Part shown: positions 25,601-37,267 of the stretch, piece after piece | Layout: every line of letters starts with the position of its first letter | Numbering within the stretch: position 1 is the first letter of the stretch | Assembly: GCF_025526975.1 (NCBI RefSeq) | Contig: NW_026515680.1 | Span: 434,001 to 498,000, forward strand | DNA from: Fimicolochytrium jonesii | Lineage: Eukaryota | DNA length: 64,000 bases | Reading direction: 5' to 3' | Program-made: the position numbers and the translations under genes | Notes under the pieces: generated by a model | Databases searched by the model: none | The model's input: only the letters and a program-made list of their open reading frames with translations | What the model was told of the DNA's origin: nothing

Positions 25601-28600
25601 TGTCATTGACGTCGCCACGTTCTGCCCTCGCAAAATAACGTTCACCAGCTTGACTGGTTTGGCGAAACGGTCCACAGCCTCCTTGACATATATCTCCGCC
25701 GTTGTCTCGAAAGTACCGCTGGTATCGCAGTGGAATCGAAAGGGAATCGCAAAGCTTTCCATGGTCTGAATTTCTCCCATCATCATGGATGCATCAAAAG
25801 CGGAGAACTTCTGCTTTGTACCAACAAATTTGACGTTCCAAGAATAGCTGGTCAGGTAGGTGTTGCAGAGCAGAATATACTTCAAGTTTATATCCAAGGC
25901 TTGCACCGTCATCTCCACGCGTCCGAAGTCGAGAATCACTGCGTTTCCATCCTTACTTGGTTGAGGAAAAACGAGAATGTCGTGTAAAGGCTTCCCCACG
26001 GTCTGTATCGCGTGGAATGTGTGATCATGATCCGTGAGGGCGGCCGCAAATCCGAAAGTTGTCGCAGATTCACTTATATCGACCGGGGGTAAGAAAATCA
26101 CGTCCACATTGTCAACATCCGCTGGTTGCATTGATTTTGCTCGAGGGTCGACGCTGAATCCGGTAGACGCAAAAAACACTACGTTCCGGTTTTGACTGCC
26201 CGTATTCTGGATGAGAATGGGCTGAACATGTGACCTCCTGATGTTGGCGTCGGCCACAGAAGTGTTCGGCCGGGACAAATCTAGGTTGAAGAGCATCAGT
26301 TGACGACGGAGCTCATGAGAGCTTGCTTAACTGAAGAACGTACCTGGACGGAACATCACAAGCTCTTTTGCGAAAGTCAACTCGGGTCGGGCTCCAGGTG
26401 TGTAGGGCTTCGCAATGGGTCCCAAGTCAAACCTCTGCGCTCTTTCAGCTGATGATGGATATTCATCCAGAAGCCTCTTCGGATGAGACATCCACATTCG
26501 CAGGAAGTCCACACTATTCTTATCCGGTATCCCCCCAGGCCTATGAAGGTAGGGCTCGATGCAAATGCCAATAAGGTGCAGACTTTTCTCCATGATTGCC
26601 GCCATTGTTTTCAGTTTGAAAGGCTTTACAATACACAGCTCAACGAGCTGCAGTAAGGGTCCTCTCTGCTTCGCGGAAAACGTGAACGTGGCCGGAATCA
26701 TGGAAAACGCGGGAATGGTGGTCGGCTCATTGAATTTCGTTGAAAGTGTGGTCCTAATACAGCTTTCCATAATCGAGGATTCTCCATCGCTTCTTTCAGA
26801 AACATCTTCGCCTGCCACCCGAAGGCCGTCGACATGAAACTGAAGCTCATATTGGGAGACGTTGATGAAATTCAGTGTCAGATGCTCTTCTGCTCCGATG
26901 CGACAAGGCTTGAAGAAGGCGTACTCCCAAATCGGACAGAAGATGGGTTGCCCAACAAATGCACGAATGTTCAAGGGAATATTCTGAAACTCTGGGCAGA
27001 TAACTTCGATTGCAGTGAGGATATTTCCGCTCAAAGTGGAGCTCTCTTCCTTCTCGAAACGGACCTCTACAGTATTCGCCATTCGGGGCGCAATACGTAC
27101 TAGATACGGACACTTGATGGCGGAGTGATGGGGATAAAGACCGACTGTTACGGGAGTGTCAGCCAGGTTCATAAGGGTGAGGCACCGCAAACGGCAATGA
27201 GGTTCACTTGGACATATTCCAAAATCCATTGTATGGGCTTCCTTCCGTGAATCCTGATCAGAAGTAGCGGACATCATATTCTTCAAAATTGCAGTGTCAT
27301 CCGCGGTCAAGGCCACATGAGCCTTCTCCCCGCTGCGCGGATCAGGACGGCGGAACTTCCGCATGAAGTTGCATCGCTCCCTTGTGAGTTCGGCCGCTCC
27401 AGCCCGCGAATTTTCTTCGTTTTCTGGATAGACAGCGATAGGTATTCCGGCAATACCAGCAATTTTTACATGTATCAGATCGCCTCCCGGACCGTTGATT
27501 TCCACAACATCCGCGAAGTGCCCGAGTTTCGTCGGTTCGAAATACACGGGGATATTTTTGGACTCGTGCGGCTGCAGCTTCACTTGCCTGACGGGTAAGA
27601 CGAATGCTGAGGTGTCTCGATCGCTTTGCCTTTTGGATCCGTGCTCGTCCTTTCGTGGAGTGGATGATTGGGTTCCATATGCTTCTCCGTTATTCGATGA
27701 CACATTTTGCAATTCGCTTTCTAATTGAATAGCAACGATAGCGGGCGAGCTAGAGATGTTCTCCATGGTGAGTAGGACCTCTTTGCGCCGATCCGGGAGA
27801 GTCCAGCCGGCGTCTACACTGACTGGGTTGACCTTCAAAAAGCTTTTGCGGAAGGCAACGAGACTGCAAGAAGCCATTTTCTTCCCGGTGTCGTCAATCA
27901 AGTTCAAGGACCCTTCCACTTGATCAATCTTCATTGCATCCGGATAGTAGGTCAGCGAGATTTCCATGACCCCTTCTCCCTGAAGTTTGAGATGAAACAT
28001 CTTGACAGCAAACACATCGACCGGTTCGACTGACAAGAAAAAGTCACGTTCTCCGTAATCTCCACGTCCCGCACGGTATCTCAGTACCGCTGCTTTCGAC
28101 ACGGGGGCATGCACGCTTTGAAACTCGAGATTCCCTGGCTCGATTTGAACGCGAATGGCATTGGCCCGTAAATACGCAAGATCATCGCTGTCCCGCAAGA
28201 ACCCTACAATATCTTCGGGATCTTCCATGGTGACATCCCCAAGATCCTCTTCTCCCTCATCAAACCCATTGAGTCTCCTGAACTCCGCGACTCGCCGGAT
28301 CGTTCCCACAGCGCGCTTATGACCTTTCAAGAAGTTTTGTTTGAGCTGAGGCTGCGCTTCCTCAAGGTTCTCAACCAGTTGAGCCGTCATCTGTGCTTGA
28401 TCCATTGGCTTTGGTGGCCTCCGCCTCGCCGTACCACGAGCAGATCTTGTCAGGCTGAGCTGAGACTCTATGTGACTCACTGAGCCACTACCCTCATCCC
28501 ACTCCTCATCATCGTCCTCTTCAAAGGAGGGCCATGCAGCACGAACGGTCGCTGGCGGCGGAATAACCATCACTCCCCGATGATGCATCAGAGAGGGGAT

Positions 28601-31600
28601 ATCGTAGTAGGCAATTCCATCGTTGGTGAAACCAGCCGGGGGCGGCACAGTGCAGCCTCTCGGAATAAAGAAGGGCTGACCAACGTTATCGTATCCAGCA
28701 AGATGATTGCGAGAACCCTGATCCGTACTTGCTTTCCCGTCTACCGAGTAGAAGCGAGTGCCCATAGTCGTCATTCCCATTGGAATAGGTTTGATGGATG
28801 AAGTCCTACCAAAATACGGCACACCAAAAGCCGTGTATCCCACTGGGAATGGGGTCATATTGATTGGTGGTGCAAAATACGGCTCTCCTTGCGTCGTGAA
28901 CCCGCTTGGAATAGGGAATACGACTGTGGGCTGTGGGGCCTGGGAGTTGGGACCGGGCACGCCCGAGGTCTTCCTGACGGCGCTAGAGCGTAGCTCCCCA
29001 TCTTGCGATGACTTATCGCTACGAATATTTACAAGAGACTGCATTGAGCTTGGGCTTGATTGCAGCAAGGATTTAGGCTTTCCAAATGAGATATCTACAA
29101 GAACACGGTTTTAAGGACATCACTCTGGAGCTGAAGAAACAGCCAGTGAAGCACAACGTTACCGTCCTGGAAATCGTCGTCGACGACTTCGAGGTTCACC
29201 GTGATCCATTCATTGGGAGACTGGCGGGTGCGGATGAAAATGTTGAATGTAGCTCCGGTGGAAAGTGACTCGCTACGTGATCCCCAAAAGCGTCAGGCAT
29301 TGATAAAGAACAGCCGGGGAAAATGAACCTACTCTTCATCTGATCCTCTCTGCACGCTTACAGCTGCCATCTCCTTGTTAATACTCGCTACACGTGTCAT
29401 AACCCGTTGCAAGTGTGTCGATCCCGGCTGGATGATGTCAAATAGAACCGGGGCATTGATGGGAAAGTCTGTGGGATAGCGAGCGCTGCGAAGATTTCTG
29501 TACACGGGAGCGGTAAGAAGAGGTTGAAATGGCGGAAACGGAATGCAAAGCGTACTGACTGGATGCGACTGGGCCACAGTACTGGATGTCTGTCAGTGGT
29601 AAACCCCTCCGGAACATCGGCCCCTTGTCGAGTTTCACCAGCTGACTTAGTCTTTATCGGTGCAGAAACAGTATTACCGGTGACTTGGGCGCGGTTGAGT
29701 CCTGTCTGCTTCCCATATATCGCGGATACGGGCACAGCGGCTCGATCTACGCGGTCCGGATCATATCCAGGGAACGGACAGATGTTGAGAAACCCCGGTA
29801 ATATTCGTCTGCTATCGCTCGGCATCGTGTCCGATTTTTGAGGGATGCGTGCTGTTCCTGGGGGTATCTCATCCCGCCGCTTTCGTCTGGCTAGCGGTCT
29901 CTGTCGGGCAAGGGATTGGGTTGAACTATCCCTCCGCAGTGCCACGCGATCCTCGCTTGGAGACGAGGCACCTCTCAACGCATCGACAGCGCTGGGTCGA
30001 CGCGGTCGGCTGGAGGATAAGGGGCGACGTGCGGATCCAGTTTGACGACCCGGGGGGATAGCCGGCTTCTTGTTATTATCCAGCGAGGGGTTAGCGCGAA
30101 CGGAGGAGCGTTGGGGCCCTTTCGACGGTAAGGCCTCCTCAGATTCTCCCCCTGCCTTGCTAAACGTTTCTGCTCGGCCAGCGGAGCCTTCGACCAGACG
30201 TTGTGCACCGTCTGTCCGGAGGATACCTTTCGACTCCGGATTATCACCTTTCAGCAGCTCGGTAACATCAACCAACGGAGCCGGAGAGTATGTGTATCCA
30301 TATGGTACTCCAGGCACTTCCCCGGCGCGCTCCATATATTCATATCTATGTTCAGGCGCCTTTTGTCGTTCGGCCCACAACGGGTCCTTGGAATGAACCA
30401 AAGTCAATGCGTTTGAATGTCGAGAGGATAACGCAGTTTTGAAAACGTACCATGAAGACGGGAGGAATAGTAGTCACTGCTGGAGGAACTCCAGGAATAT
30501 TTGGGAGAGGGCGACTCAGTGTCACACTCGATTTCGGGTGAATCGGTAGGTTCACAACGATGCCCTTCGTGTACATCATGCTCGAATTCACTTCCACAAA
30601 GAAGCCGAGGTGACCAGGTACCGGAACAAGCTTGGCAAAGTTGCCCGGGACCAATAATAGTTGGCGAAGAAGCTTGGACCGCATTGCCATACGTGATTCT
30701 TCGATGCGCGTCCTCTTTGTAGTTCGGACGTCAGTCAGTAGGACAGTGGCAAAGCTCCGGGTGACAAGAAGCTGTCAGCCGCTTACCATTTTCAGCGCTT
30801 TGTATTCAGCATCATATTGCGTGCGGGAGAAATTTGGGACATGCAAATTCTTCGTATGCTCAAGACCGGAGATCAATGTTTCGATGCCAAGCAAGGATGC
30901 ATCGTCATTCATGATGGGGAGCCAGTTGCTGAAAGAAGAATCTAGTTCAGAGCTCGGCGTGAGCGGAGACATGCAGGCTAGCCTTCTCACCTAATGAACT
31001 GTACGGCCATTGTCTGCAATGTCTGGTGATTGGATCTCATCAGAGGATGCACATATTTCTTGAAAATCGCGCCGATGTATTTTTGATTACTATCCGTTCG
31101 CTTCATCTGAAAAGACGTCAAGGTTTCAAAAAAAAATCTCATTCACGTCGTACGCTGTGCAGCTTGGGCGAAATTCCGCGAAGTGCTTGAACGAATTGAC
31201 ATACCTCGTTGTTTAACGTACTTAGTAGAGCGCGGACGACATGTAACGCCGGAAAACTTTTCGCCTTGCGTGAAGATGCTGTCGTAGTACTTTGCGCCGC
31301 GGTACTCTGGGGATCGAGCTTCCTCAAGTCGGTTGCAGATTCGCCTCTCTCGAATTCCTCATGCAGCATGTACACCAGGAGGTCTTCCACAATCCGAGAC
31401 TGTTTATGTGCACATTGTGTGAATTTGCCAATAGCGTTCAGAAGGTAAATTTTCAACTCCCGGTTTCGGGCAGTGAACCGACTTGCACCCCGAGCCTTCC
31501 AATCGCAAAGGGGATGGACGCAAAGTCGTATGGAAGGAAACGTGCCTGGTAAGTGAGGTGCCAAGCGCCGTGGTCCGTCGTGACAAGGAATCAAAAACTT

Positions 31601-33214
31601 ACCGGATCACGTTTCTCCTCATACTGGATGGAGAGCAACTTCTTGGTGAGCTCTTTGAACGCCTGTAACATAGAAAGCGGTCAAGAACAGCGCCACCATA
31701 TTGCATGAGAGGATACGAAACCACATTGCCCAGACGCCCGCAAACATACGGTCATCAATAAGTCATCATGCTCTCGCACAGTGCCCAAGTAAAACCCAAG
31801 TTGCCCGAGCAAGTAAACAGCTTTCAGCCGATTTTCCGATCGCTCGTCTGACACCATCAAGTTGATTAACACCCGGATCAAACTCTATCACGTATGCGTG
31901 CACAGATTATGGTCAGCATTAACTGACGCCCTTCGCTGATAAGCAAAGGATGCGGTGAAAGCCCGAGTGCTTGTGGAAACTTTGGCAACGCTTACCTCCC
32001 TGGTGGTGGAATCCAGCAAAGTGTCGTTGATCACTGGGATAGCTCGACGAAGTGCTGCCATCGCCATGTATCGGGCAAGGGATTCTTGTTGCCCGAGACC
32101 AAGAAGAAGTAATTTCCACCCGCGGTTGAAATGAACTTGAACCGTATAGAAATCCGCCTCATCTGCAATGTATGACGTTGTGAGTGATGTGAGAAAACTC
32201 TCTATCAGAAACCTCTGCACGTGTTCAGCACACGACACTGCGGGAATACACACTCACCGAGGGGCTGCACATGGAGACCCTTCGATATTTGCATCAATTC
32301 TTTCGTCACGTTCGCGTTTGGTACGGTGTCCAAGCTCAGTCCCTCCAGCCCGTATCCACGGGTCCTCGCCGATGTGTACGCCCCAGATCCACCTCTCATT
32401 CCATCGTCGTCTCCCGTGACTTCTTCCCCTCCGCCTCCCAGCAGGCCTCCAATGGTCACGCCACCGGATTCCTCGCGGTCGTCCTCCATTTCGCCGTCGA
32501 AACCGTGCTCCGCGTTTTCCCCTCCAGTACCACCCGCACTGTGTACTCTCCCTCCACCGCGGCGATTTTGCAAAACACGAGTGTCCGGTAATCCTCCAAC
32601 CCCAGCATCGATTGCTCGGGCCCTCTGTCGTTCCAGTGCGTGCTGCTCAGCTTTGATTCTGGCCCACCCTGCCATCACAAACTCGGTTGTACTGTCTGGC
32701 TGCTGGTTCTGCCCCTTATGCTGCGAGGCCTGCTGCTGCTGCTGCTGTTGACGCGGACCTATGCTGCTTCTCGGCCGGGCCTGATGAACTAAAGTCCATA
32801 ACCGATCAACGAGGGACAAGAAGTCCGACGTGGCGCCTGTTCGAGTATTGAGGAGGGAATGAAAGAATCCCCGTCGCTAGAAGCAGCATTGAAAATTAGC
32901 AAAATCATAACGCAACACTCTAGCAGGTGATCTCTACTATCAGCCCATACCACGTGAGCCCGCAAACGCTCCCAGTATTTCTTCGCACGAGTGACCGTGT
33001 CCATTACAGGCTTATTACGTGCCGATCTCCTTCCTTCGGCGTTTGCAGCTAAAGAGGCAGGTCGGTCGCTGTCTATTGAAGAGTCTTGCGAGCCACGGCG
33101 GTCAACTCCGCCGTATGCCCCCTGCTGTTCACTTCCACCATCAGTGTTGTTGGCATGTGCAACGTCCGGGATGGGCGAAGTGGGATCTGACAATGCTCGT
33201 GGCGATATCGACAT
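16624..33214 (-). CDS. Giant multi-exon protein with N-terminal helical (HEAT/ARM-like) segments and many tandem ASH/MSP Ig-like domains (Hydin/DLEC1/CFAP47/CFAP65-type, probably ciliary)
   Basis: Long exons 20615-26280, 26344-29091 and 16937-18007 carry a recurrent xDFGxx...xxxNxG...PxxGxxxP domain pattern. In-phase splices were checked at 26343-26281 (CCAG/GT..TAG/AT) and near 29092-29160. The true start and some exon joins are uncertain. Confidence 0.7.
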
Positions 33215-33907
33215 GGCGTCTTGGCTCACGAGGGATAAGCGGTCCTAGGGTGATGGGACTCTACCAAACGAATGGGGGTATGCTTATGTCGGACATGCAA
33301 ATTCCGCTATATCTTTCTACTGTCTGTCTTCGATATCGGCCCTAGAATTGTGCAACGTGCACGCGACTAGCGACTCTGGCGACGCGATTCTGCTGACATA
33401 ATCGGGGCAGGATGGGCGGAGAGGGAACCAAATGACTGATGGGACTCGACGGGACGGCAGCAGACTAAAGTATATATGCTACCCACGCTGTGCATGGAGA
33501 GGGGTAGTTGAGATTTAGATCGGTTAGATAGAGGAGGCCGGGCCACCGCTATGAAAAGCCATGGAAGGTTGGTGGGTGTGGGGGGGAGATGCCAGCGTCG
33601 GGTGAGCCAAAGGAAGACCGTGGTGACTAACAGTGACCAGGCGGAGGATTTAGCAGTAAGGAACATATTGCCGGGCCTGAGAACCCGGCACACCCAACAT
33701 GCGGTGGGTGTGCGGAGCACTGGGGGAGGAAGCGGCGGCCACCGGGTGACGTCTATCGCCGCCGTCATCGTCGTCGTCCGAGGGCTGCATGCAGAACCAT
33801 GGTCAACCTCGCTCCGAACCTAGTTCGAATAAACCAAGTGCACTCACCAATCTCGGGCGCTTGCCCCGAGAGGCGCCAGTCGAGGACGAGGCCGACGATG
33901 AGGCTGC

Positions 33908-34360
33908 GGGAGGAGGTGGGGCTACCACCGTGACGGTCTGGCCCGTGCCCTTGGCAGCACAGGTGGTGCCGGAGGCAGCAGGGGTGGTGGACGAGGCGGC
34001 AGCGGCAGTTGAGCGGGTGGCAGGCGAGACGGCAATGGCAGTTGAGCGGGTGGTACGACGAGCCGGTCTTGAGCTCTAAGAACTCAAGAAAGCGCAGTTC
34101 TGACGCCTGGATATCTGATAAACGTTCCAGACATCTCAGAGCCTTCCAAGATGCGTCAAGATGCATCACACGGGGGAGGTAGGACTACGACTGTGATGGT
34201 CTGGCCCATACCCTTGGCAGCCAAGGTGGTGCCAGAGGCAGCAGGGGTGGTGGGCAAGGCGGCAGCGGCAGTTGGGTGGGTGGCAGGTGAGACAGCAACG
34301 GCAGTTGAGCGGGTGGCAGGCAAGATGGCAACGCCAGTTGAGCGGGTGGTACAACAAGCC
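33908..34360. repeat. Diverged direct duplication (33908-34064 vs 34172-34360) with internal ~30-bp subrepeats, separated by a Copia-LTR-like fragment (34071-34170)
   Basis: Direct sequence comparison. 34071-34160 resembles the Copia LTR segment at ~58335-58428 (GAGCTCTA.GAAC..AAAGCGCAGT.CTGACGCCTGGAT). Confidence 0.7.
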
Positions 34361-35348
34361 AGCAAGGCTGGTTTGGGCCATTCTTCAGGGATGAACAACA
34401 AACCCTCCGATCCCGTATCAACGTTGGTCACCGAAGGGGACCTGGCTTGTTCGAAGCGGGTTCTCTTAACAGGAGCAGGGCGCGCCATAGTGACGGAAGG
34501 GGGCGATAAGTACGAAGAAGAAGAGAGAGAGAGTTAGCCGTGGGGAATGGTGTTATGGGAGTGGGTCGCGAATGATGCGGGGCTAAGGGGGAAGCAGTTA
34601 CCCCCCGTTTTATAGCCGATTGGGAATGCTCCCTTCGCCTGTGCAGACGTCGGATGCGCCGCCTCACCACCCCGAGGCCCCCGGCTCCTCACCCCACAAG
34701 AAGGCTATCACGATACTGATCGATGGAGGTACCCATGCTGCGCTATCGACGACGGCCACATGCCAGGATGATTACGGCGGAGCGACTTTGCTATCTCGGA
34801 CATTCGGTATATTCATTCGGGGATAGGAGAGAAATGTGAAAATCGATTGCGGAGTTGTGTAGGAGCTGTCAGTCATCCCTCGCCGGTGGCCTCACACGTC
34901 TGGCCGTACGTAACCCACACGGCACGGGAGAATTGCATGCGCACACGCACGATCCTAAGGGGGGTGTGATGATGTGCCCCATATGTGCGGGTGTACGCTT
35001 GGGGACTTAGCGGTGTGTGGGAGTTGTCCCGGGAGGCTCCCCAGGCTGGGGGTATGTCCCAGATGGGGGTAGATGGGAGGGACAACGCTGCACGCCCATT
35101 GAGTCACCAGAAGTCAGCCCGATGGGCTCACTTGGCTCCGGATAAACGCTGGGGTGGTTGTGTGGCTTGGGACCAGTGCAAAGGGAAGCAAAGGGAGTGG
35201 GCGGTGCCCGCACCTAGTGAGAAGGTTAGGATTCTTTCAGAGGACAGAATAGACAATACTAGCTATTGGCACCGATACCTGGTAATATTACATTGAATAA
35301 GATTGGCGAAGACGCTTTTAGTGATGATAAAGCTCAGGGCTCATACCC

Positions 35349-35422
35349 TGTTGAGACCTTAGCTGATATAGGTGTATCTGAGAGGTCACTAAGACCAATT
35401 TGCCAATGACTGAGAGGCGCAG
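35349..35422 (-). repeat. Terminal fragment of a Copia 3' LTR (target of the outer Gypsy insertion)
   Basis: TGTTGAGACCTTAGCTGATATAGGTGTATCTGAGAGGTCACTAAGAC is near-identical to the LTR end at 57853 and 60081. Confidence 0.8.
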
Positions 35423-35690
35423 TGTAACGTCAGAGGAAACGTAGACGATATTGGGCCCTTCTGAGAGGGCTGAGAGCAGTGTATTGTAGTGAAGAAAAAA
35501 GTAAGAAGCTCTTCGCAGCGGCCGCTCGACTGACAGCTTTATATATGGGTTGCCAGTGGGGCTTGCGTGGCTTCAGTGAGGCTTGGCGCCTTATGAAATG
35601 TATCACCAAGAGCTCGGGTGGCCAGCTCGGATCAAATAGAAGTAATGAGGTATAATATGAAATACAAGTGAAGATGAGATATCCCCGACA
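35423..35690 (-). repeat. 3' LTR of the outer Gypsy (268 bp)
   Basis: On the minus strand it starts TGTCGGGGATATC, ends ACGTTACA and contains TATATAAA. Its first ~140 bp match 51082-51230. Confidence 0.9.
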
Positions 35691-36003
35691 CCTCCCTCAG
35701 ATCCTGAGGAGGGCGCCAAATAAATAAGAGGTGAACTACGAGGGATATGTGAAGAAAGGGAGAGCTCATGTTCATTTTAAAGTGTTGCCGCACTTGTTCA
35801 TTTTATAGTGTTGATGCACTGTGTGATGTGTGTGTTTGAGGCAAAGGCGTCCCTAAGCTGACGTCGTGTGTGATGTGTGTATGTAAGGTCGGTTCTTGCG
35901 TCGCCGCGTGTGATGTGATGTAGTTTACATCGCTATTGTCAGCGGTGTGATTGATGGTGAGCGGTTCTTGCGGCGTCGCGCGTGTGATGTGATATGAGAT
36001 GCT

Positions 36004-36547
36004 CTATGCTGTTTGTCTCCGTATCCACAAAGATTGTGGATGAGCTTTTTGCCATCGTTTGTAGGCAGGCGTGTAGCAAAGTGCGGATTCGGGTTCCCAA
36101 GTAGGGTCAGGATAACCAAGCCATTTGACTAGAAGATTTTGTACGGCGCGTCGCTCGTCGATGATGTCTTCTACAACCCATTCAGGTTGTCCGCGTTCTT
36201 CGATTGGTGGAGGAGGTTGTGGAACTGCACGTTGCGGATATTGCTCTTCGCGATGTGGTCGTAAAATATCGACGTGAAAGACGGGCCAGATGCCGCTGAT
36301 CTTCAATGGTGATAAATCGAGTTCGTAGGTATCAGGATGTGCTCCCAGTGCGATGATTTTGAATGGTCCGATCCACGTAGCTGAGTATCGAAGTCCACTT
36401 CGTGCGTCTACTTCTAGGTTGATTCCTTGTCGGTTCAGATCGACGAGGTTGCCAATTTTGTATGCGATTGGCGTTCAACCTTTGTCGTGTTGACGTGCGA
36501 ATTGATCTTGCGATCTCTGAAGGTTTTCGCGTACGATACGGGCGATG
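36004..36547 (-). pseudogene. Outer Gypsy integrase C-terminus: GPF module and chromodomain
   Basis: WIGPFKII, WPVFHVDILRP and PEWVVEDIIDERR..LVKWLGYPDPTWEP. Continues the integrase at 46545+ once the inner element is removed (..GQEDIARIVRENL..). Confidence 0.88.
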
Positions 36548-36971
36548 TGTGAACGTGATCAGGTTGACGGCGTACGAGGAGATGGGGAGATTCAAGGGAA
36601 GATTAGTATTTGTGCGCGCGTGACCAGGCGTGATCAGTAGTAGGATAGAGACACACCCCCTTCCCCCCCCCCCCCCACCATAAAATGGACAACACTGGCG
36701 TAGATTGCCCGGGGAGCATCTTACCGGCTATAGACTAGACCATAAGTTTGTACCATAGGAGCTCAATTGACCCAACTGACTAGCGTACCTACGCCTAGCA
36801 GTCCAGGGTTGCCAATATACGGAGTACGCCCAAGCGTGTCTACTTGTGTGGTGAGAATGGGGATTTAGTTGGTCTCTACCTTTTACCTTGCACTCTCCAC
36901 TAGTAGATCATCTCCACCCGCGAACGACCCGATTTAGGACCTATCTCAGGGAATAATCGACCACTTTCACA
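36548..36971 (+). repeat. 5' LTR of the inner Gypsy (424 bp)
   Basis: TG..CA ends. The last 132 bp (36840-36971) are repeated at 46409-46540 with 3 mismatches. Confidence 0.88.
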
Positions 36972-36974
36972 TTT

Positions 36975-36992
36975 TGGGGGCTCGGCCGGGAA
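36975..36992 (+). promoter_or_regulatory. Primer-binding site complementary to the tRNA-Pro 3' end
   Basis: TGGGGGCTCGGCCGGGAA, 3 nt after the LTR, matches the classical tRNA-Pro PBS TGGGGGCTCGTCCGGGAT at 16 of 18 positions. Confidence 0.8.
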
Positions 36993-37267
36993 CAAGGAGA
37001 GACCACCTTCAAGGAAAAACAAGGAAGGAATTACAAGGAATCTACGAGGTTATTTCCAAGATCGGATTGGCAAACCACATCTGCCACCTTACAAGAAACC
37101 TACCCACGCGTCGCATTCTCTCTTTCGCTACGGAGAAGCGAAGCACCAATCTCCACCAGAGATTGAAGATCAGTCGATAGATCTTCACGAAGATCAAGAT
37201 AGGGAAACTGGCCGAAGACGCAGAATTTATCGCCAGTCCCCGCTCCGCAAGCCGCTCTTCAAGCCGC

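Noticed and set aside
35770..36000. GTGTGATGTG short repeats as telomeric repeats
   Set aside because: Irregular, and confined to the 3' UTR of the outer Gypsy between the chromodomain and the PPT.
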